From positions 3,538,380 to 3,602,379 of the forward strand of contig CM000155.2 in NCBI GenBank assembly GCA_000004695.1: a DNA stretch of 64,000 bases. The letters are read 5' to 3'. Every line of letters starts with the position of its first letter. The stretch's first letter is position 1. The notes beneath the pieces were generated by a model that saw nothing but the letters and a program-made list of their open reading frames with translations, was not told the DNA's origin and did no database searches. Positions 15,323 through 30,468 of this stretch are shown here, in pieces. The translations under genes were made by a program, and so were the position numbers. Source of the stretch: Dictyostelium discoideum (Eukaryota).

Positions 15323-15372
15323 GTAATATTTTATTTTTTAATATTAATTTTTTTTGATTATTATATTAATAT

Positions 15373-15406
<34 letters not shown>

Positions 15407-15423
15407 TATATATATATTTATAG

Positions 15424-19703
<4,280 letters not shown>

Positions 19704-19925
19704 AAAATAAAAAAATTGTAAATAAAAAAAAAATTGTAAATAAAAAAAAAAAAAATACATTAAACTATTTTTAGATTTTATTTTTCTTGATCTTTAGTGA
19801 AAACTACTTTTAATCTATCTAATAAACCCCATTTTTTAGATTTCATTTTTGATTGGTTTTTAGTTGATAATAAAATATTTGACTTTTCTACATAGTCTGG
19901 TATAATATTAATTGAACATGGATAC

Positions 19926-19957
<32 letters not shown>

Positions 19958-20013
19958 TAATAAAAAAAGTTAATAAGAATTTTATTATTTCTTTTTTTTT
20001 TTTTTTTTTTTTT

Positions 20014-20274
20014 TTAAACTAAACAAATTACTTTTAATAAATATTTATTTTCTAATAAATCTTTAAAGTTTGAATAAACTTTATCAGCATTGATATTTAA
20101 ATCTATAATCTTTTTATTATCTTTTAAATTTTTATTTTCTCTATATTTTTGTTGAATGCTTGATTTGAAATGACTTGAAATGCAACGATCTTTTCTAGAT
20201 TCATTTAAGAATAATTTACTTGCTCTTATTAAATTTCTATACATATGTATAGTTTTAATTTGTGTGCTATTCAT
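20014..20274 (-). CDS. LYR-motif protein, ISD11/LYRM4-like (Fe-S cluster assembly, NFS1 partner)
   Basis: 86 aa with an ATG start (cat at 20272-20274). It has the LYR signature HMYRNLIRASKLF and …YRENKNLKD…, close to the human LYRM4 segments LYRAMLRESKHF and FRENKNVKD. The size is typical for this family. Confidence 0.7.
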   Translation of the reverse strand: MNSTQIKTIHMYRNLIRASKLFLNESRKDRCISSHFKSSIQQKYRENKNLKDNKKIIDLNINADKVYSNFKDLLENKYLLKVICLV

Positions 20275-20347
20275 TTTATTATTAATATTTTAATTTCTTG
20301 AGAAAATGCTCGTTTTTTTTAATTTTTTTTTTTTTTTTTTTAATTTT

Positions 20348-20397
<50 letters not shown>

Positions 20398-20476
20398 TTA
20401 TTTTCATATTCATTTTTTTTTTATTTTTTATTTTCATATTCATTTTTTTTTTTTTTTTTACAAATAATTAAAATAA

Positions 20477-20902
20477 ATGTTTAAATCAATTAAACAAATT
20501 AAATCTTCAATTGGATTTATAACTACAAATACAACAAGAAGAAATTTTTGTTCAAATAAAATAGGTGGTTTTACAATTAAAAATGTTGAAGATGAATCAA
20601 AGATTAAAATAAATAATGAAATTTCAGAGATAGAGAAATTACGTAAAAAATTATTATATCAAAGTAAAGAAAGAGGAATGTTAGAAAATGATTTATTATT
20701 AGGTAGTTTTGCAACATTAAATATTCATAAACTTACAGAATCACAACTTAGAGATTATAATTTACTCTTACAACAACCAGATCCTGATATTTTTAATTGG
20801 ATTCTAAAAAAGGCTGAAGTCCCTGAAGAATTTGAAACTGAAGTTTTAAAATTAGTTCAACATCATTGTAAAAATGATCCATTGGGTTATACTAGAAAAT
20901 AA
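20477..20902 (+). CDS. sdhaf2: succinate dehydrogenase assembly factor 2 (SDHAF2/Sdh5 family)
   Basis: 141 aa. LLYQSKERGMLENDLLLGSFA…LRDYNLLLQQPDPDIFNWILKKAEVPEEFETEVL aligns with human [22 protein letters not shown]…[34 protein letters not shown]. The N-terminus looks like a mitochondrial presequence (basic, Ser/Thr-rich). Confidence 0.8.
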   Translation: MFKSIKQIKSSIGFITTNTTRRNFCSNKIGGFTIKNVEDESKIKINNEISEIEKLRKKLLYQSKERGMLENDLLLGSFATLNIHKLTESQLRDYNLLLQQPDPDIFNWILKKAEVPEEFETEVLKLVQHHCKNDPLGYTRK

Positions 20903-21312
20903 ATAAAAAAAAAAATTAAAAAAAAAAAATTAAAAAAAAAAAAATTAAAAAATAAAAGTTGTTGTAAAATATTTATTATTGTTTGGAAATACTTGGTGTT
21001 TTTTTTTTTTAATTCCCCAACAAATTATTCTTAACATTTGATTTTAATATTAAAATTCAGTTTTTTTTTTTTTTTTTTTTTGATAAAATTGGTTGTGCTG
21101 GAATAAATTAATGAAAATTAAAAAAATAAGTTTTTGTAAAAAATTAAGTTTTTTTTTTTTTTTTTTTGATAAAATAAATCTAAATCAAAATTTTTTTTTA
21201 TTTTTATTTATTTATTTTTATTTTTTTTTTGATATTTCAATAAAAAATTTCATAAACACTTTTTTTTTTTTTTTTTTTTTTTTATTTTTAAAAATCAAAT
21301 AAATAATATAAA

Positions 21313-22863
21313 ATGAATTATGAAGAAGAAATATTTTGGAAAGTTATAAAAAATAAATTATTATTTAAAATTATTATAAAATTTATAAATAATAAAGATT
21401 ATTCCATTAGTTATTTTCCAAAAAGTAATGAATTTCCACCCCAGCATTCAATTGAATGGTTAATATGTAATAATAAGAAATCAATATTAGAATATAAAAT
21501 TAAAAATCACCATTATTTAGCATTGGGTAAAAATCCAATTTATGGAAAATTTTATAAAATATTTTCAATTTTTTCAAATGATAAATATGATCCAATTTTA
21601 TATAGATCATTAATTTATATGTTTTCAGATTATTTCCATCCATTATCAAAAGATCTTCAAGATAGAATCAATGAAGCCATTGAATCAAATAATTTAAATG
21701 TTTTAAAAGTAATGTGTGATCCAAATGGTCAATGTAAACATCAACCAACTGTAAATGATTATATTCTTTCATTAAAGAATAATAAATTTGAAATTGCATT
21801 ATGGATTGGTGAAACATTTCCAGGTATTCACCATATTTTTGAATATAGTAAATTAAAGTCAACTCAATTATTTAAAACTCTATTTCAATTTATTGATAAT
21901 TATAAACATCGAAATGAAGTAGAATTTAATAGATTTACACTTTTTAAAATAATTAAAAATTTATTAAATAATTGTCAATTTAGTTATTCAGTTGAACAAG
22001 TTCATAATATGGAAATATTAAAACAAAATCTTTTCAATGTTTGCCCAATTAAAAATGGTTGGTCAATTGAAAATTTATTAAATTCTTGTGAATTAATTTT
22101 AAAATTTAATAATATTTTTATCAAATTAAAAGAAGAAAATGAAAATGAAAATGAAAATTTAGAAGATTTTGAACTTGAAAAACAACAAGAAGAAAAAGAA
22201 AAAAATGAAAAAAATGAACAAAAAGAAAAATTAAAAATCAAATTATTAAATATCAAATTTTCAAATTATCAAAAATCTTTATTATTAAATAATGAAATTA
22301 AGGAATTTTCTATTAAATTAAAAATTAGAAAATTATTAAAAATTTATTTATCTTCACTAGATACTATGATTTTAGATGCAATAATTTCAAATGAACCACT
22401 ATATAAGAGTTGGTATGCTATTTATGATAATAGTTTAGATGTTGGCAATAGTCAAGATGATGATGGTGTTGATTTCACTCCAAATGACCAAATTACTATA
22501 AAAAATGATAGTAATGAAAACTTTCATTGTAATTCACATTTAGAAGCATTAAAAAATGGTGATTTTTTATTATTAGAAAAATGGTTTAATGAAAATCAAG
22601 ATGAGATTCCACTTATTCAATTATTAAAAGATTTAAATACAATTTCAATTTTCTATAAAGAACCATTGTTAATCTTTTCAAATTGTAATGGAAATGATAG
22701 TGAAAGTAAAAGTAAAAGATTGGATTTTATAATTTATCTTTTATATGAATCGAATATTTTACAAGATCATTTATTAAATCCATGGTTATTATTTTGTTTG
22801 ATTTTAAAATTTAATGATTATGAATTAATTGAAATGGTTTTAATCATTTATCAGATGAATTAA
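21313..22863 (+). CDS. lineage-specific family protein, part 1 (N-terminal motif EEIFWKVIKNKLLFKIIIKFI)
   Basis: 516-aa ORF with an ATG start. No recognisable catalytic domain. The same N-terminal motif recurs in the degenerate copies at 55480-55626 and 55917-56051. Confidence 0.55.
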   Translation: MNYEEEIFWKVIKNKLLFKIIIKFINNKDYSISYFPKSNEFPPQHSIEWLICNNKKSILEYKIKNHHYLALGKNPIYGKFYKIFSIFSNDKYDPILYRSLIYMFSDYFHPLSKDLQDRINEAIESNNLNVLKVMCDPNGQCKHQPTVNDYILSLKNNKFEIALWIGETFPGIHHIFEYSKLKSTQLFKTLFQFIDNYKHRNEVEFNRFTLFKIIKNLLNNCQFSYSVEQVHNMEILKQNLFNVCPIKNGWSIENLLNSCELILKFNNIFIKLKEENENENENLEDFELEKQQEEKEKNEKNEQKEKLKIKLLNIKFSNYQKSLLLNNEIKEFSIKLKIRKLLKIYLSSLDTMILDAIISNEPLYKSWYAIYDNSLDVGNSQDDDGVDFTPNDQITIKNDSNENFHCNSHLEALKNGDFLLLEKWFNENQDEIPLIQLLKDLNTISIFYKEPLLIFSNCNGNDSESKSKRLDFIIYLLYESNILQDHLLNPWLLFCLILKFNDYELIEMVLIIYQMN

Positions 22864-23822
22864 TTAAAGAAGAAAAAAATTCAATTTTCAATCAATATAA
22901 AGATGAATATTTAGATCTTGGTAATTTGGTAAATAATGAAAATGCAATAAAATTAATTCACCCTTATTTCCCTTGGGGTTCAAATGAAATTGCTCAAAAT
23001 ACACCATACTGGAATTTCAAAGAATGGAGAAAAAATGGAAGAGTAGATTTATTTGAAGTTATTGAATCATTTGTTCCAAAAGATTTACGTATAGTTTATT
23101 CAACAAACACTGAAATTGGGTTCTATGGTAATGAATTATTATGTTTATTGAATTCACTTTCAAAACCTCATCTCTATGAAATTCCAACACCAAGAAAAAT
23201 TTTATTTAAAGTTGATGAAGAAACAACTACTGAAGATATTGGTTTTATAAAATTAATTATATTAGAAACTTCTGATCAATATGAATATTGTTTCACAAAC
23301 TTAAAGAAAGGAGGTTTTGAAATTATTGGAGAGAATTTTGTAGAATTTTTTGATTGGTTTTTTAGTAATAGACAAAATGATATTACCACCAATAAATTTG
23401 TTCATCCAAATAAAAAAACTTGGTTAATGACAATGAAATATATTTCTGGTGGTGAACATTTTAATGAATACTTTACAAATTTAAATTCAACTCAATTCTT
23501 TGAAAATGAAATAATTAAAAATCAAATTTTTGATTTGGTGGCAAAGTTTGGTGATATTCATTTTATTGATAAAATCATTAAGTACTATTTTAATGGTATC
23601 TTTCCATTAGTAGAGGTTGAAAATAATTCAATCACTGATTCTTTCTATAGATTAATTCTTTCAACAATATCAAATGGTCATTTAAAATTATTAGAATATT
23701 TTAATTTTAATTTTAAATCAACTTTTTTTAAATCATCATTATTTAATCAAATTAAATTAAATATTATTAATAATAATCAATTAGAATTCTCTCAATATAT
23801 TTTTAATTTAAAATTAAATTAA
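22833..23822 (+). CDS. part 2 of the same family gene, in the -1 frame relative to part 1 (possible frameshift, pseudogene or sequencing error)
   Basis: The second frame opens at 22833 and overlaps the end of frame 1 by 31 nt. The track's start at 22926 is TTG, not ATG. No canonical GT/AG pair can reconcile the two frames. Confidence 0.4.
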   Translation, partial: NGFNHLSDELIKEEKNSIFNQYKDEYLDLGNLVNNENAIKLIHPYFPWGSNEIAQNTPYWNFKEWRKNGRVDLFEVIESFVPKDLRIVYSTNTEIGFYGNELLCLLNSLSKPHLYEIPTPRKILFKVDEETTTEDIGFIKLIILETSDQYEYCFTNLKKGGFEIIGENFVEFFDWFFSNRQNDITTNKFVHPNKKTWLMTMKYISGGEHFNEYFTNLNSTQFFENEIIKNQIFDLVAKFGDIHFIDKIIKYYFNGIFPLVEVENNSITDSFYRLILSTISNGHLKLLEYFNFNFKSTFFKSSLFNQIKLNIINNNQLEFSQYIFNLKLN

Positions 23823-24022
23823 AAATAAAATAAAATAAAATAAAATAAAAATATAATAAAAATAAAAATAAAATAAAAATAAGATATAAATAAAATAAAA
23901 TAAAAATAAAAATAAGATTGTTTAAAAAAAAAAAAAAAAGAAACACAACAAATGTTAAATTAAATTTTTTACTTTTACCATATTAAAATTTCACATTTTT
24001 CGTGTTTAGGTGTCTGGTATCG

Positions 24023-24059
<37 letters not shown>

Positions 24060-24168
24060 AAATTAAAAAGATTTTTTGTAAATTGGGACTTTTTTTTTGA
24101 ATTGGTTTTTGTAAATTGGGACAAAAAAAAAAAAAAAAAAACGAACGGTCATTTTGTAAAAATTAAAA

Positions 24169-24247
24169 ATGAAAATTCAAACAACTATATTATTCATTTT
24201 TATTTATTGTTATTTTGTAAATGCAGACAATTTAGTTGCACTTGAAG
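24169..24247 (+). CDS. exon 1 (signal peptide) of a 3-exon secreted protein gene
   Basis: ATG at 24169. MKIQTTILFIFIYCYFVNADNLVALE is a classic signal peptide. The donor is gaag|gtaattaag at 24248. This exon is missing from the ORF track. Confidence 0.65.
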
Positions 24248-24336
24248 GTAATTAAGTTAATTTTAAATTAATTGAAAAAAAAAAAAAAAAAATTAACCAT
24301 GATTTTTTATTTTTTTATTTTTACTAAAAAAAACAG

Positions 24337-24587
24337 TTGATACAACATCAGTTTCAGTAAGAACTTTTCAATATAACGGGGCAGATGGGTCATCAATTTT
24401 CCCAGGTAAAAATTTAGTTAAAATAGCAGGAGCACAACCATTTAGAGTTTCGGCCTATGAAGAATCATATATAGTTTCAGCTATTAAAGGATGGGATTAT
24501 TATGTTATACTTGCAAATGGACAAGATACATTACTTTATGGAATTGATTTACAAACTGGTGAAATTTTTATTAATGGTTATTCACCA
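24337..24587 (+). CDS. exon 2 of the secreted protein gene
   Basis: The acceptor is aaaaaacag| at 24335-24336. The phase is consistent: 79 = 3n+1, then 251 = 2+3n. The donor is cca|gtatgt at 24588. It encodes …VDTTSVSVRTFQYNGADGSSIFPGKN…GYSP. Confidence 0.65.
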
Positions 24588-24673
24588 GTATGTTTTTTTT
24601 TTTTTAGTAAATAATTTTATTTTTAAAATTTATTATTTATTAATTTAAATTTATTTTTTATTTTATTTTTTAG

Positions 24674-25315
24674 AATAAACAAATTTTATATATTTATGGT
24701 TTAACATATGATTTAAAATCTAATCAATTAATAGCAGTTTCCTCAATGGAATATGAGGCAGGAGATCCATATTTTGATGTTGTTTTAGTTGACCCAAATA
24801 CAGGTGAAATTTCCCAAAATTTAACAATACAAAATTCATATCCAAATAATACATGGTATTCTGGTCTTTATACATCAAGTCAAAGTCAATCACAATTATA
24901 TATTTTATTCCAAAGTATGGATGAAAAAACCAATAATACAATTAGTGGCTTTACAACTATTAATACTATTGATGGTACATTTGTAAATAATGTTTGGATA
25001 AATTCAGATAATAATTTTATCTATAGTTTTGTATTTGATGAAACTAGTGGTATGATATTAGCAACAATGTCACAATATAATGGTAAAAATCTTGATTTTA
25101 TTTCAATCAATCCAACAAATGGTGATTATACAGTTATTAGTAGTGATCAAGTTTGTGCTGGCTCTGGTCCTGTTATTATTGATGGTGTTTTCTTAGCACC
25201 TGGTAAAGAACCTAAACCAAGTCATACAGTTTCTTTAGTTGATACTAATTCTGGTAAAATTATTAAAGAATATTTAGATATTTTTATTGATATTTCTTAT
25301 TTAAATTCTTATTAA
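24674..25315 (+). CDS. exon 3 of the secreted protein gene (about 330 aa total, function unknown)
   Basis: The acceptor is ttttttag| at 24672-24673. aat aaa caa… is in frame with the track ORF 24746-25315 (72 nt upstream of its ATG, a multiple of 3). Confidence 0.65.
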   Translation, partial: NKQILYIYGLTYDLKSNQLIAVSSMEYEAGDPYFDVVLVDPNTGEISQNLTIQNSYPNNTWYSGLYTSSQSQSQLYILFQSMDEKTNNTISGFTTINTIDGTFVNNVWINSDNNFIYSFVFDETSGMILATMSQYNGKNLDFISINPTNGDYTVISSDQVCAGSGPVIIDGVFLAPGKEPKPSHTVSLVDTNSGKIIKEYLDIFIDISYLNSY

Positions 25316-25385
25316 AAAAAAAAAAAAAAAAAATTAAATAAAATAAAAAAAAAAAATTAATTACAAAATAATAACAGTAGTTTAT

Positions 25386-26170
25386 TTATTCGCTAATATT
25401 ATCAAAACTACTACTATTTGAAGATTCAGAGTCAATGTCTGATTCAGATTCAGATTCAGATTGAGAAATAGCTTTTTTTAATCTTGAGGCTGGTTTCTTT
25501 TTACTTTGTTTTGGTTGAGGTTTCTTTGGAGGTTTTTTGGGAGTTATATCCATTCTATCTATATCACTAATTTCAGAAGATTGATCACTTTCTGATGATT
25601 GTTCACTTTCAGATGATTTTTTCTTTTGAACTGGTTGTCTTTTTCTTGATGGTACCATTGGTTTTGAGATTGGTTTTTTGGGTGTAATTATCATTCTATC
25701 TTCATCATCACCACTCTCTTCATCTTCCTCTTCACTACTTTCCTCACTTTCTTCTTCTTCACTACTTTGATATTTCTTTCTTGAAGGAGCTCTTTTTTTA
25801 GCAGGTGCTTTCTTTGAAGGTTTTAAAGGTGGTTTTTGAATTGATTGAGATGTAGTAGTAGTGGAAGAGGTACCACTACTATTACCATCTGTCTCTTGAA
25901 CTAATTGAACTGTTTCACCTAATGTTAATTGACTACGTGCAGTATTTATTTTTTTCTCAATTTCATCGACCAACTGTTTAATTTCAGAAGTTTTTGTAAG
26001 ATTTGGTTGTTTTTTTGTTTTACTAATTGATATCATTAAATTATTATAAATTTCATTATCATTTAATTTATCTTGATAAAGTTTAAAATGTTCTATTAAT
26101 TTCTTTAAACTTTTATCATTATAATTTAATAATTGTAAACAAAATGAAATATTTTGTGATTCACTAATAC
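25386..26170 (-). CDS. condensin complex subunit 1 (CND1/NCAPD2), C-terminal exon (basic/acidic tail)
   Basis: It is joined to the 1028-aa ORF by a 79-nt intron at 26171-26249, with a GTAAGT donor and a tttatttag acceptor. The phase-1 join gives …FKTSK-S-ISESQN…. The Lys/Ser/Glu-rich tail is typical for this subunit. Confidence 0.7.
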
Positions 26171-26249
26171 CTAAATAAAATAAATAAAATAAAATACAAT
26201 TAATTAATAATTTGATTTTTTTTTTTTTTTTTTTTTACACTAAACTTAC

Positions 26250-29200
26250 TTTTTGAAGTTTTAAATCTTTGTAATAATTTATCAATTAAAGTTTCAGATT
26301 GTTTATCTTTTTCAATAAAAGAGAATAAATATTTTAAAATATTTTTAATTGAATCTTTTGAAATATTATTTAAATTACTTGTAACGGTTGAAGCAGGAGT
26401 AATTTTACCAATGATATCAGGTAAAGAATTATAAAGGTTATTACCTTTTGAAGCTAAAGTTGAAAAGAATAACTTTGCAATATTTGAAATACGAATATCA
26501 GAATCTTCCAAACAAATTGCCATTTCGCTAATTTGACCTTTAACTTTAATCATATCATTTAAAATTAAATGAGTGAGAACCATTAAAGAATTTTTTCTAG
26601 CATCTGCATTTGGATCTCTTAATCTTGAATAAATTTTTGAAGTCCATGGTTCGACTAAATTTGGAAATCTAAAAGCTAAATCACCTAATCCAATGATAAT
26701 ATTTGATCTAATCACTTCAATTGATGACTTTTCCAAGAGAGTGAAAAGTAATTGAAGATTTGATTCACAAAAGTTTGAATCAACACACATAAATTTTGAT
26801 AAAGTTAAAACTGCACTTGTTTGTAATAATTGATTTGGGAATTGTTCATTTGAAAAGATTTCATTATAATTATAACAAATTGAAACAACCAATTGAGAAT
26901 ATTTTCCAATTAAATTATTTTCAGATAAAATATCAGATTCTGCTTGAATTTGAATTGCTTCAGATTCTGCTTCTGCTTCTGCTTGATCAGTACCTAATTC
27001 TTTTTCAATATCTGTTTTCTTTTTATTATTGTTATTATTATTTTTTGATTGTTTTGATTGTTCATATTGAATTCTTTTAATTTCAGATTGAATTTCTTCA
27101 ACATAAACCAATTGTTTAATTGCAATATGACCTAAAATAAATATTAATTTTGATAAACAATATTGATTAGTTTCACCATTTTCATCTAAAACTTGATCTG
27201 ATAATTTCTTTATAATTTCACTTGAAATTAAATCTGGTTGTTCAGCTAAAATATAAATTGTATTAATTACTTGTTCTGCAAACATAAACCATTTTGAATT
27301 TTTAATATCATTATCAATATTATCATTTGTTGTTGTTGTTGTTGTTGTTGTTGAACAAATATGATAAATTAAACGTTCAAATAATGATTGATTATTTTTA
27401 AAACGTGGTAAAATTTGATCAGTTTCTTTTAAACCTTTTGATCTTAATTTTTGAAGAGTTATACAAGTATAACGTGGTAAAAATTCATCATCTTGTTCTT
27501 CTAAACCAATTGAAACCAACAAATTAACTTTATCTTTAACAACGGAAGAATTATTATTTGAAATCATTGATAAGATAATTAAAGCTCCACGACTATCTTG
27601 TTTATTGAAATTTACAACCTTTCCAGAGAAAATATCCCAGAGTGCTTTTATTATATCTTGATCTATTAAATCTTTTTTAGTGAATTCAATCATTAATTCC
27701 TCTAAAGATGTAATTTCACCCAATGTTGCAGTTGTAGTTAAATCGATTAAATTCTTTGCAATATAATAACTTGATTTTAATGTTGATTTAACTTTTTCTC
27801 TTGTATCTTTAATTAATAGTTCATGAAATGATCTAATTGTACTCTCTTTAATTGATTGTTCTTTATTCCAAATTAATGCCAACATTTTAGTGATTGCTTC
27901 TTTTGATTTATCAATTTGATATTTATGTGCAACTTGAATGAAATGAACAGATTCTAAAATATCAGAAGGATTAACACTACCCATTAATTGACACATTGTA
28001 TCAATTGTACTGTTTATAATTTTTATAAATTTACAAGAACTATCTAAATATTTATTTAAATGCTCTAAATATAATGGTAATCTATGTGGTGAAAATTCTT
28101 TAATTCCTGAAAATGGTACTAACATTGATATTAAATCAAAAAATTGTTCTTTATTTAATTTAATATCTTCAAAAATTTGTTTTTCTGTAATTTCTTCTTC
28201 TTCTTCTTCTTCTTCTCCATCTTCCTCTTCTTTCTCTTTTTTCTCTTCTTCTTCTTTTTGTTGTTGTTGTTGTTGTTCAAATTCCATATTATCATCTGGT
28301 ACTTGTTGTGAATTTAATAAATCATCTTCATTATTATTATTATTATTATTTTTTAATTTTTTTGATTTTTTTAATAATTCTTTCTTTTTCTTTAAATTAT
28401 AAAATGATAATTTAATAAAAGAAGCTAATTTTTCTTTTTTATCTTTAAATAACAAAGTTGGTAAATGAGGTGAATATGGATTTGATTCTAAAATATCAGA
28501 TAATAAAAGAATTGCTCTTTTTCTAACCAAAGAATTTTTATCAGAAACACGTTCAATTGCAATCTTTGTTAATTGAATATAACTTTCTTTTGGTACCCAA
28601 TTATTATTTACCAATAATGATAAAGTTTTTAAAACACTACTTCTACAATAACCATTAATATCTCTACAACGTTCAAATAAAATATGTAATAATTCTGATT
28701 GATCTGATTCATTCTTTTTTTGATTTTCAACTTCTTCCTCTTCTTCTTGTTCAGATTTTTTATCTTTATTATTGCTTTCAACTTTATTTAAAGCTTTACC
28801 AATTAAAAAACCAATTGATTCAGTTACAGCATTACGCATTAAATATGATTCAGAATCTAAATGAGCCAATAATAAACTAACGAATGGTAAAACTATTTTT
28901 GGTAAACGATCAGTTAATTCTGATAAAAATTTTGCTAAATTTTTAAAACCACTTGTATCACGTTGTTCTTTTTGTTTACCAATTTCTCTAATAATATCTG
29001 AAATTAAAAATGTAGTTTGATTCTTTTGTTGTTGATTTGTTGATTGTGAATAAATATTTTGTTGTTGTTGTTGTTGCTGATGCTTTTGTTGTTGTTGTTG
29101 ATAATCATAAATAAATTCATAAAGGTCAGCACAATGTGAAGGCAAAGATTCATGATTATGTAAAAGATGAATAATTTTACTTGTGAAATTAAAGGAATGA

Positions 29201-29561
29201 TTATAACGTAAAATTAAAATTGATAAAACTTCAAAAATTAATTTCTTTACACCTTTACTACGTAAGTTTGCTGGTTGTTCAATCATTGCATAAATAATTT
29301 TTGAGAGTAAATTTATAAATTCTTCTTCTGGATAATCTAATCTCCAAAGTGTTGATAAATTTAATTCTAAACAATTTATAATTGATGTTAATATTGCTTC
29401 TTTTTGTTCTTCTTGTTCCCAAGTATCTAAAACTGAAGAATTTTTTTTTTTTGTTGATTTCTTTTTACTAGTTATTGATGCTGTTTCATTATTATTTTCT
29501 GATGTTGATTTTGATGATTCCTTTGTTGTTGATGATGAGTGTTGATATGATATATAATGTT
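26250..29561 (-). CDS. condensin complex subunit 1 (CND1/NCAPD2), main exon
   Basis: …IGLGDLAFRFPNLVEPWTSKIYSRLRDPNADARKNSLMVLTHLILNDMIKVKGQISEMAICLEDSDIRISNIAKLFFSTLASKGNNLYNSLPDIIGKI closely matches the conserved Cnd1 C-terminal domain of human NCAPD2. The frame stays open upstream of the track's M (29286) to an acceptor tttttttag| at 29562-29563 (…WRLDYPEEEFINLLSKIIYAMIEQPANL…). Confidence 0.8.
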
Positions 29562-29608
29562 CTAAAAAAATATATACATTTTTAATGAATTTCTATATAA
29601 TAAACATT

Positions 29609-29869
29609 TTAATTTAAAACTTTCATTATTTTGTGAATATTAATTTCTTCATCATCAATATCTTCATTGTTATCATTATCATTATCATTATCTTGTTGAC
29701 CCCTATTTTTATGATTTTTTATTTTATTTTGAAATTCTTTATTAATTGTTGATGTTAAATTGGTTATACCATATTTTAAAATTTTAATAATTTGATTCCT
29801 TTGATCTGCTGTTAATTTACTAATATTTAATAAATAAGAAAATAATAAATCAAAAAATTGAGTGATCAA
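29609..29869 (-). CDS. condensin subunit 1 N-terminal exon 2 (boundaries approximate)
   Basis: FDLLFSYLLNISKL…EINIHKIMKVLN aligns roughly with human FDTIYSILHHFRS…NAHLNALKMN. The track start is TTG, preceded by an atatag| acceptor at 29870. The 3' donor and the join to the main exon could not be made frame-consistent. Confidence 0.35.
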   Translation of the reverse strand: MITQFFDLLFSYLLNISKLTADQRNQIIKILKYGITNLTSTINKEFQNKIKNHKNRGQQDNDNDNDNNEDIDDEEINIHKIMKVLN

Positions 29870-30021
29870 CTATATCACTTGAATTTTTTTTAAATTTTTC
29901 ATAAATTACTATTTAAAAAAAAAAAATTTATTAATAAAAAACAAAATAAAATTAAATAAAGTAAAATAAAATAATTACAGTTTAAATTTGATAAAATTGT
30001 ATTTTCATTTTGTGAATTTAC

Positions 30022-30105
30022 ATCTATTATCTTTTTAATGGAATATTTATCACTTGATGATAGTGATATATCTTCAAAATGTATTGGTATTTGAAATTCT
30101 AACAT
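30022..30105 (-). CDS. condensin subunit 1 first exon (MLEFQIPIHFEDI…)
   Basis: ATG at 30105. MLEFQIPIHFEDISL resembles human MYEFHLPLSPEEL. A candidate donor gat|gtaaat would end the exon at 30022 and pair in phase 0 with the atatag| acceptor at 29870, giving a 152-nt intron. Confidence 0.4.
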
Positions 30106-30468
30106 TTACATATACACTTTATTGTGTTGGATTGAAATAATTGAAAAAAAAAAAAAAACTTTTTTTTCAAAAAAAAAAAAAAAAAAAAAAAACCAATGAC
30201 AATGAAAAAAAAAAAAAATTTTTAATTAATTTTTGTAAATGGCGCGATTTGGTGTTTTGTTTTTTTTTTTAATTTGAAAAAATTTGCCGCCAAAATTTTA
30301 AATGAATAATTTAATATATTTTTAAAAATGGGGGTGTTTTGTTTTTGTTTTAAAATAAAAATAAAAGTTAAAAATAAAAATTAGAAAAAATCTTTTTTTT
30401 TTTATTTTTTATTTTTTTATTTTTATTTTTTTTTTTGGTATGGGTTGGTTTTTTGATTAAAAAAAAAA

